This document shows, in pieces, positions 20,801 to 26,036 of a DNA stretch of 26,036 nucleotides. The notes under the pieces were generated by a model, which had not been told where the DNA came from, made no database searches, and saw nothing but the letters and a program-made list of their open reading frames with translations. The stretch is from a virus. Position numbers and translations under genes: made by a program. Numbering within the stretch: position 1 is the stretch's first letter; the number at the start of each line of letters is the position of its first letter. The stretch covers positions 124,545 to 150,580 of the IMG/VR virus record IMGVR_UViG_3300027908_000020. One strand, given 5' to 3'.

Positions 20801-21775
20801 ACCGGAAATGATCCAAACTATAGATACTATTTCGATGCAACCGGGATAGTGAGCGAAAAAGTTGTAAGCATTAATAATGCTACAGTTAAAGTAGCTGGAC
20901 GTATATCAAGCGTATTAAATGTACAGTTACAAGTTGGGTACGGATCTCAGAGAACTGATTATTTTGCTGGGGGCACTATTGCGCCTGATATGCAGACAAT
21001 ATATCTCAAGAAACCATTGCCAAATCAAAATACTCCGGTAGTTGTAAACTACATACCAACCGGTGTGCAGGGCGACAGAATTTCTATATTCAAGGATCCG
21101 GCTGGGTACATTAATTTTGACGTAATAGCTAGCGGCATTAACTATAATATAAGGGCTCCAATATATTGGACTGCTGGTTCTTGGCATAGACTTAAAGCGG
21201 AGTTTGTATTTAATACTGGTTTGGGATCTGATCAGTTGCATTTCTTTGTTGATGGGTACGAGAGAGGGAATATACTATCTGCTGGCCAACTAGCATCAGG
21301 ACAAAATCAAGTATTAGGATCATCATATATAGGTCCAAATAGCATAAATGCTATGATATCCTTTAAGGATGCTATAAATGAGTTTTTTGTTGGTTCAGAT
21401 TATACTAGAACACAACAGGCATTTGTATTAATGGACAATTTAAGGATTAGCAATATTGCTAGACCTTTATTTAAGCCATACGGAGAAGCTATAGATGTGA
21501 GTTATAGTTCAAATCTAAATATCGTATATCCTGTACCACCTGATTTGTATACAACTTTACTCTATAATTTCGATAGCTTAACTGCACTCAATACCAATTT
21601 TACGACATTAAGAGATAGGAATACTGGTTTGTTTGACTTTACCGTTAATGTGTTTGATCAATTTGATATAGTAGGTAGTAGCCCTAAGATAAAGCAAGTT
21701 TTGGAAGAACTGATAAATACGTTATCCCCAGCTAACACGAATCCGATTATTCGCTATGTAGAGCCGCAGCCATGA
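14852..21775 (+). CDS. Giant baseplate wedge protein (P2 gpI / T4 gp7-like core) with N-terminal Ig-like domain, repeated beta modules and two LamG/ConA-like domains
   Basis: Follows Baseplate J. gpI-like segments: LLQNFGTLIDLP...REDYRDSLIAAMQSFTAGPTKTSIANIV and C-terminal LEELINTLSPANT. LamG motifs occur twice: GSLETW...WQAGQTHQVATSW...HLFIDG and GTIEFW...WTAGSWHRL...HFFVDG...DNLRISN. Confidence 0.68.
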   Translation: MVSNLRIISITVTTSTSITAKFTAPLSEEIGVPNVLLQSQTPGVLDGQVVAVTASGANLIITTLPLIPFAAYFITFQSTTETLFSSLNGDAVLPNDGVSNKQLILAPALPDDPSINYLNSFFLNNVYNYTPPSIIGSYLQGIGSTISQTIYDIRQSGNENYLTFTVTDEQKTRGAGAFDRLDEESAYEVLRVGITPTGATLNNTTQLNPFPSYIVSLIATENSDSLQASSEDTAITFNVDDFTLNLSKQNVIILNSVVFIYNSAVTPYTYNIQQYGYQILNSEYDPNYAFTYFQLNSNQIKLNDQVLSDPNFSLDNIASIQVSYQYKNTGKIVDSTTLVIDTDLSSGREIVPPIENIFTLQHAPIVTASDVVGSLGDVTFIDPNAIPGSNTPHPAFLYEIPYSLSYLPSMPGQYAVDYSTGTVYVYGASSSKDGTGPTPPLAIYTYRYTFSSLIDYVYDSDTLDLVGLPLGNLIGSAANIYYEYEQVLSQGIDYQADVHIEALNEEVGNRLVALNAVQTLNTPITDVFRIFNETTGELYNVLRWTDSLIYFTYVQAPNIQPENMERATFADNLNETLFINSITSLSPTVSVFQFFLNNNNIIAQSQDCIGSSINTSVSLSNNNIFVREVYFDNNLSDIINQSRLTSIGDYQIDYANGVVWVVVPSNQSTSVGTISYKYGYVVPNFPHVITVEDIYYQISALGPKGKHFTYNNFTDGSILPSSFDISNETFLNGNIGYPYLLFNGQVGTFENATFTPGVAQFIKNLRGIFEYEDVLNNFTPINFATSSTFNGNTITVNPLTTQEYHNVQFDGTNYYVYLNTSLSYLSTNITLSVQITRLTDNASLWNSSGQVVLGAPIKLILPGINGTAVGNPVLVTYTYTINNISRIVADYDKGGYYIDYTYLADNISISYEYGDNVLDFSQSLALSTGETYYTTYKVGALRNALLQNFGTLIDLPLLNDLDTTFPREDYRDSLIAAMQSFTAGPTKTSIANIVQTIVKTPPQIIESIFQSWVLGQSLLNLQPINTTGEFNLVPAKYGNGVCINQPGQTITFPISSNLRLQDGSLETWIVPQWNGIDNKSKLFITIYKDGEPILPQEVFIGPAEFHPPYNQSTFEIDTTANVFGIPNENKNGVFIYNAPDVTGIFNRWYIDVIDGYADGYAVKNYQITVKTDGKFYDVKSTVIPQPPTSIIQSGNQSVNFYIQGTSDPMQGITFVADDHHYIFDFGEAHNSNRFSLFKDESGYLNFRVIDRNKNYYTLGADISSWQAGQTHQVATSWAIGNPTKRDEMHLFIDGLEVPNIIKYGSKVAPYLHEKYRTVDPEEIVGLLPRPVVGFYDMTTTAGSGLVTSSINFTASGILPGDTLYVLEPGYSPSGYTITTVNGQNLIVSTPLPITMTGATYSVNQTSFDVLTDMDLYTNVSVSLMHVFVNPNSDTPVQGTDLHVISGSNIVTSSINFANAGVLPGFSININESGFAPLYTIVSVSGSTLVLTDPMPASYSASPFFVYSGASEEIPGLNALHPAYSISRDANFNEVLTIDNSTEANDIVLINTFGLNHRLTTQKYYVWADGYSPQLSNTITTHMPPPILLGDVNIKHGLLSPTNIGPSNSTVVAGQFVSNQLLTDQPSISDNGRTLSIYISGDNINYANPVQVNITGTVAGVPGITETVTFTQNETLSTTSRFEYVNYVVVTCTPNNITMNSAVIAIEELYPITTPEDSVNYPVIRFSYQVNVGNTLVSNGTNVVSDPNVFFSSQNVGNYLIISSPPASAGQYQIIAVNTETQTMTLSSNVPTSFTNGQYQVLNPTTYRSGLQNGFFTLENANAPGKPYNIVQGTYIFQYNTYISIPLRSGTLIGYIGSDMFGENQVDSTLNQFMIVSEMLTDIRIGDVVQNTQETITTDYNSLKALSPNINTLMLLSFNSFPFTNTASIYTTATNEFIQCSTSVNNNFDQSIVLTKKPMQIDNAGILTANQQGTIEFWVSPLFDTGNDPNYRYYFDATGIVSEKVVSINNATVKVAGRISSVLNVQLQVGYGSQRTDYFAGGTIAPDMQTIYLKKPLPNQNTPVVVNYIPTGVQGDRISIFKDPAGYINFDVIASGINYNIRAPIYWTAGSWHRLKAEFVFNTGLGSDQLHFFVDGYERGNILSAGQLASGQNQVLGSSYIGPNSINAMISFKDAINEFFVGSDYTRTQQAFVLMDNLRISNIARPLFKPYGEAIDVSYSSNLNIVYPVPPDLYTTLLYNFDSLTALNTNFTTLRDRNTGLFDFTVNVFDQFDIVGSSPKIKQVLEELINTLSPANTNPIIRYVEPQP
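18860..20251 (+). repeat. Three ~65-aa degenerate beta-module repeats within the giant wedge gene (~18860-19057, ~19172-19366, ~20054-20251)
   Basis: VTSSINFTASGILPGDTLYV...YTITTVNGQNLIVSTPLP; VTSSINFANAGVLPGFSINI...YTIVSVSGSTLVLTDPMP; VSDPNVFFSSQNVGNYLII...YQIIAVNTETQTMTLSSNVP. Confidence 0.7.
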
Positions 21776-21849
21776 ACAATATCAAACAGAAAGAATATGG
21801 TGGTGTACGTAAATATGCACAAACCATTGAAGGTGGAAAAATCAAATGA
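21772..21849 (+). CDS. Possible 25-aa translational-coupling mini-ORF (MNNIKQKEYGGVRKYAQTIEGGKIK)
   Basis: Not in the ORF track. It fills the whole gap with ATGA overlaps at both ends (21772-21775 with the upstream stop, 21846-21849 with the downstream start). Confidence 0.35.
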   Translation: MNNIKQKEYGGVRKYAQTIEGGKIK

Positions 21850-24800
21850 GAATACCAGTTTCAGCCCCACAATCATTGTTCTTCGATGGCCAGAATGTGG
21901 ACAACCTCACTCTAAATCTAGAACAGTCATACAATAATCAAATAGAATCAGGTATCATAAATAACCATTTCGGTTCAGGTGTCTTACCAAGCGATTTGAT
22001 ACCTAACATCATATTCGATTCCAATGTTGCAAATGGACTCCTCGATGGAACAGCAACCAATGCGCAAAATCAACCACTAGATTCCAGCAACGGGGCGCAG
22101 CTCGCAGTTACGCTCACAAACTCCCTAGCAGCCGGAAAGAGAACTGTTAAAGTACTTATCATCGGGTTAAACTTTGAAAGCAATTTACAATACGATGCAC
22201 TAACCTTTCAAACAAATGAAACGCAAGTAACAGCCCAACATTACACAGAAGTACTAACAATACTGTTCAACGATTTTATTGGTCCGCCACAACAATCATT
22301 TAATCTTGGTGGAAGAGTTGTAATAGAAGAGGCAGCACCATTTCAGATGTCAAGAGATGTGATTGTATCATCTCAAAACGTAATGCCAAATCTATTCTTC
22401 AGAGATTTCTTCACTCCGAACAATACATCACTATCTAGTATCCTTGCAGCTGCTCTACCAAACTACAATATAAGCAACCTTAATATATCAACAAGCTATC
22501 TCTCGTTACAGAGTTTAGTAGAAGACGATGTTACATCACAAATAGGGCAGAAGTTTTTAGCGCCCGTCAATAACATCCAAAAGATAACGCTACTATTGTC
22601 TGTTATCAATGATATCACGCCAGCCGATTTGATTTGGGATGGAGATTTACTTGTAAGCATCTATCCTTTACAATCTGTTGTATCTTGCCCCACTGATCTT
22701 GTACCACAAACAGCCATAGATTATGATCCAAGTAATATCCCTGTAGCACAGCTCAGTGTAGATTATTTGTCTCTGCAAGCTGCTGGAACAACTCTCAGTA
22801 CCGTACCGCAGCCAGTAGATTTCATATTCAGTAATACAACGGTCGCGCAGGGAAACGTTATAATCCCTGGGAACTACTATGCTGTTACAATTAAACGTGC
22901 AGGCTCAGCAGATACCTGTCAGATTCAAGTTGCTGTAGGAACTAATTTATCAAGCACTCAGCAAGAAACATTGTTCAATGGTAGTATATGGACAGATATC
23001 CCAGAGCAATCTCTATGGTTTGAGGTGTGGAGTGATTCTGCCAAAGTTGCGTCCGGCCAAGCATATGATGCTGGACATGGCATGGTTATTCCCCAGAATC
23101 AAATCAGCTCAACTACTGGTGCCGCTCAAGATTATGATCTTAATGGGTTACAGTTTACCGGCAACGCCACATTCTACGCTTTAGCTCAAGCAACAACAAA
23201 TCAATTTTCACCAGTTCAGGATGAAAGAACTGGAAATAACGTTGACTCGGAACAGCAAACAGTTCCAACCATCACCCTTTATAATGCTGCCGGGTTAGCC
23301 AATATACAAAACGTTTCTACGCCATTCATTATAGGAACGATTTCCGACCAAAATGTTAAGAGCCTAACATCAAGTACTACGTTCGTAGGCGCCATCCATG
23401 AATATGGTATGGTTAAAAACCAACTAGTCATCAAGGTTATAACAGATCAAACTGATGGGTATAGGTATGATACTAACATCATAGACTTGGTATCCAATAT
23501 TGTGAATGGTCAGTTAAACGGGGCCCAGTTCATACCCAATGTTTCTAACCCATCTATTTTCTATAGGGTCGCGAAGGCAGAGCTGATAAATATGATCTAT
23601 GGCGACGTTGATGGAAACGGTGTTGTAGATCAAAACGATATACTTGCTATGCAGAATCTGCTAGGCGCCAACCTTAATGTATTTCCAACATATCAGCAAT
23701 ATTTGGTGCAAACAACACCATTCGTAAATGATGCAGGATTATCATGGCAGCTCATTAATCCAACTACTATGGTTGTTTTAGCAGCTGCAAATGATGGTTT
23801 ACTGATTGTAAATCCGCAAAATAGTGCACAGGCTAACTTTCAGAGTTTATCAACTAACTTCGCTAACATTGTTAATCTGAATCAATATCAACTGGTGATA
23901 ACTAACTCCGTTACAAATGTAGGAAACAACGGCTCATTTCAAATTGTTAGCTTGGTAGCAACCAATCAAATCACGATACAAAAAATGTACTACACATCTG
24001 ACACAATATTGCAGATAATGCGGGCAGATGTATCGGGTGATATGGTTGTGAATACAGCCGATTTGAATGCCATTATGGATTACGTGAATTTAACACCGCC
24101 ATTTCCTCCCACGACTTCGCCAGAAAATAATGTTGGTACTCAATTCACTTGTATACGTCTTACTTTTGAGGAATATGTTGATAGAGCAGATGACTATTCT
24201 TCATTGGCTACAAATAGAAATCTAACTGTTCACCCAGAGCCTGATCTATTTTTAGATGGGTATTTCTCATTCGCTGGGCAAAATGTAGAGCTTCATCCAA
24301 TTCAATTCAATGCAGATGCACAACTAGTGTGGTACGATTCGAGTGTTGTTGTAAACTCAAATCCAAGACAAGTACCATGCGCATTTACTTATGAATCTGG
24401 CGGACCAAATCTTGAACAATGTGCGCCACTCGAAGGCATTGTATCGCAAACATTCCCACAGCCACCAGATTTTGATCCAGGGCGCAATGATTTCTTCGTT
24501 CCAAATAATTTAGTACTCAATTTTGGAGGCAACTTAATCAACCCCGATGGCTACTTCTACAAAGTAGACTTTGAAATGAACACGGTTGTTATAGAAATCC
24601 CAGCCGATGGATACTTTGGTGGTGAATTGAATGTTAATCTGTTCACTGACTTTGTTGCCAATTACAGCAATAATGGCTACACAAGAATCGGTTATCCAGC
24701 AATGCAGTTTGCTGATTGCACGCCGGTAAGTTTACAAGGTCTGATAAATAATCAGGTTAGATTTGCCGTAGCTGTTCAATCATTCTCACCTCAGCTCTTT

Positions 24801-25097
24801 GGTCTAGACCCAAGTTGTATTACTGGAATTATAGTTGATGGTAAAATTGGCGTATCCATGAATTATACAACTGGTATGTTGACACTGAATTTCACCAATT
24901 TGTACCAAGACCCTGTGATGCAGACATTGAATACGAAAATACAGCTAACGGTATACCTAAAGAAAGCCGGATGGAATAATACACCAATCTTTATGGATTC
25001 CACCAAGACATACAACCTATTGGGTGTTAACGCCCCGATACCGAACTTTGTGTCGTGCCCAAGCCCAACCATTGTAATACTTAATGAATCAGGTTAA
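21846..25097 (+). CDS. Baseplate-attached structural/appendage protein with split dockerin-like Ca-binding motifs
   Basis: N-terminal FFDGQNVDNLTLNLEQSY resembles the 'F.GQ.L...DL..EQ.Y' anchor of contractile-tail fibre/baseplate proteins. Jelly-roll-like region (GQKFLAPVNNIQKITLLL...PGNYYAVTIKR). Dockerin-like loops YGDVDGNGVVDQNDILAM and RADVSGDMVVNTADLNAI. Confidence 0.55.
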   Translation: MRIPVSAPQSLFFDGQNVDNLTLNLEQSYNNQIESGIINNHFGSGVLPSDLIPNIIFDSNVANGLLDGTATNAQNQPLDSSNGAQLAVTLTNSLAAGKRTVKVLIIGLNFESNLQYDALTFQTNETQVTAQHYTEVLTILFNDFIGPPQQSFNLGGRVVIEEAAPFQMSRDVIVSSQNVMPNLFFRDFFTPNNTSLSSILAAALPNYNISNLNISTSYLSLQSLVEDDVTSQIGQKFLAPVNNIQKITLLLSVINDITPADLIWDGDLLVSIYPLQSVVSCPTDLVPQTAIDYDPSNIPVAQLSVDYLSLQAAGTTLSTVPQPVDFIFSNTTVAQGNVIIPGNYYAVTIKRAGSADTCQIQVAVGTNLSSTQQETLFNGSIWTDIPEQSLWFEVWSDSAKVASGQAYDAGHGMVIPQNQISSTTGAAQDYDLNGLQFTGNATFYALAQATTNQFSPVQDERTGNNVDSEQQTVPTITLYNAAGLANIQNVSTPFIIGTISDQNVKSLTSSTTFVGAIHEYGMVKNQLVIKVITDQTDGYRYDTNIIDLVSNIVNGQLNGAQFIPNVSNPSIFYRVAKAELINMIYGDVDGNGVVDQNDILAMQNLLGANLNVFPTYQQYLVQTTPFVNDAGLSWQLINPTTMVVLAAANDGLLIVNPQNSAQANFQSLSTNFANIVNLNQYQLVITNSVTNVGNNGSFQIVSLVATNQITIQKMYYTSDTILQIMRADVSGDMVVNTADLNAIMDYVNLTPPFPPTTSPENNVGTQFTCIRLTFEEYVDRADDYSSLATNRNLTVHPEPDLFLDGYFSFAGQNVELHPIQFNADAQLVWYDSSVVVNSNPRQVPCAFTYESGGPNLEQCAPLEGIVSQTFPQPPDFDPGRNDFFVPNNLVLNFGGNLINPDGYFYKVDFEMNTVVIEIPADGYFGGELNVNLFTDFVANYSNNGYTRIGYPAMQFADCTPVSLQGLINNQVRFAVAVQSFSPQLFGLDPSCITGIIVDGKIGVSMNYTTGMLTLNFTNLYQDPVMQTLNTKIQLTVYLKKAGWNNTPIFMDSTKTYNLLGVNAPIPNFVSCPSPTIVILNESG

Positions 25098-25099
25098 AT

Positions 25100-25789
25100 A
25101 TGACAGATATAACATTAACGGCAACCGTTCTATCCTCTAATCCAAACCTTGTGCCTACTGGAGTCATAGTATTCACAAACGGAAGTTTAACATTGGGTGT
25201 CGTAAGTTTAACTAATGGAGTTGCGACCCTGACGATCTCTCCAACGGCTATAGGCAGTGGGCCATTGAATTTACTGGCATACTACCCTGGCGATTCAAAC
25301 TTTGCGGCTGGTGTATCTATACCCGTTATTAATAGCGCCCCAGCGCCGGGTATCAATACACCACCCGAGCCCCCAACCATTAGCAATATTTCGTTCGTTA
25401 GCGGCTCGTTTGTTACTAATTCCTCAACTGCAGTTAGACTCGGCGGGAGAGATATTAATATGTCGTTTTACCCTTCAAGTTTTGCGTTTTTGAATAGAGC
25501 TGTAAACTTTAAGGCCATTCTAGAAACCACATCCCCTATTGCTGTTTGCCAAGTCCAATTAATGGACGTTACTAATAACGTTGCAATTACAAATACAACC
25601 GGAACAACATCGAATTCATCTGGATTGATACTTTTTGATAGCGGCCCTTTAACAGTGGGGACTAGCCCAGGCAATATAAGAACAGATGCAGTTACTATGT
25701 ACGAAGTGCATTTAACTATGACAGCCGGTGTTGTTGGTAGTGATTTTGCAATATGTACTAACGCCAGAATAGAAATCGTATATAGCTAA
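25100..25789 (+). CDS. Ig-like (Big_3-type) domain protein, probable virion decoration/adhesin
   Basis: ITLTATV...PTGVIVFTNGSLTLGVVSLTNGVATLT...LLAYYPGDSNFAAGVS matches the bacterial Ig-like group 3 pattern. It is followed by a Pro-rich linker (APAPGINTPPEPP) and a second beta-rich domain. Confidence 0.72.
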   Translation: MTDITLTATVLSSNPNLVPTGVIVFTNGSLTLGVVSLTNGVATLTISPTAIGSGPLNLLAYYPGDSNFAAGVSIPVINSAPAPGINTPPEPPTISNISFVSGSFVTNSSTAVRLGGRDINMSFYPSSFAFLNRAVNFKAILETTSPIAVCQVQLMDVTNNVAITNTTGTTSNSSGLILFDSGPLTVGTSPGNIRTDAVTMYEVHLTMTAGVVGSDFAICTNARIEIVYS

Positions 25790-25827
25790 TAGTTCGTCAG
25801 TTTGCCTCGGGTAATAATACTGCATCC

Positions 25828-25840
25828 ATAATAGGATAAT
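25828..25840 (+). repeat. 13-bp intergenic motif ATAATAGGATAAT, copy 2 (upstream of the fibre-like gene)
   Basis: Identical to 10740-10752. Confidence 0.55.
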
Positions 25841-25851
25841 ACGAGGTATAA

Positions 25852-26036
25852 ATGAGCGGATTTTTGAACGGCGGAAGCGCTACTGGACAAGCCGGTGGCG
25901 ATCTTTCTGGTAGTTTTCCCAGCCCCACAGTTGTTGCTATACAGGGTATAAGCATACCTACTCCGACAGGCACAAATACAGTATTAACGTATAATGCTGG
26001 TACATTTGCTTGGGATGCTACAGCTAGTGGCGGAAT
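25852..26036 (+). CDS. Start of a probable tail-fibre-like protein (3'-truncated)
   Basis: SD GAGGT at 25843-25847, ATG at 25852, open to the window end: MSGFLNGGSATGQAGGDLSGSFPSPTVVAIQG...VLTYNAGTFAW. The GGDLSG.(F/Y)P.PTV and VLT(Y/W)...W motifs are typical of phage fibre repeats. Confidence 0.65.
   Translation, partial: MSGFLNGGSATGQAGGDLSGSFPSPTVVAIQGISIPTPTGTNTVLTYNAGTFAWDATASGG

Noticed and set aside
454-25674. Short minus-strand and nested plus-strand ORFs in the track (60-147 aa), including 10288-10701 antisense to gp25 and 18095-18538
   Set aside because: All lie essentially within long plus-strand genes with coherent motifs and show no recognisable domains; they are best explained as shadow ORFs.
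2-25789. Stop-codon reassignment (genetic code 15 or 4) as in some large phages
   Set aside because: Multi-kilobase ORFs are intact under code 11, and TAA, TAG and TGA all end genes at sensible boundaries.
2-26036. Cellular T6SS, S-layer or cellulosome locus
   Set aside because: There are no TssJLM/ClpV-like genes, signal peptides, cohesins or glycoside hydrolase motifs. Hub and spike are separate, and gp25/J synteny indicates a tail baseplate.
1-26036. CRISPR arrays, tRNA/rRNA, IS elements, inteins/introns, DGR repeats, intrinsic terminators
   Set aside because: None seen by eye: almost no non-coding space, no long DNA-level repeats, no intein splice motifs at insert borders and no GC hairpin plus U-tract. 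A computational scan could still find weak cases.

Overview
The window is one densely packed, AT-rich, all-plus-strand gene block. It encodes the baseplate of a contractile injection machine, most likely a large/jumbo myovirus-type phage; an extracellular contractile injection system is less likely but cannot be excluded because no capsid, sheath or tube gene is in view. Gene order: baseplate hub (gp27/gpD-like, 5'-truncated); central spike (gpV/gp5-like OB-fold plus beta-helix); a very hydrophobic Cys-rich protein with a C-terminal invasin-like Ig domain; an unknown 547-aa protein; gp25-like wedge; an enlarged Baseplate-J (1362 aa); an enlarged gpI/gp7-like wedge with two LamG domains (2307 aa); a possible 25-aa coupling ORF; a baseplate appendage with a split dockerin-like motif; an Ig-like protein; and the start of a fibre-like gene. 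The most unusual points are a membrane-type protein where a PAAR tip gene would be expected, nested domain insertions built from modules shared among three neighbouring baseplate genes, a dockerin interrupted by one of those modules, and candidate late-promoter and anti-SD signals in the few intergenic gaps. All family calls are motif recognition by eye, not database results.
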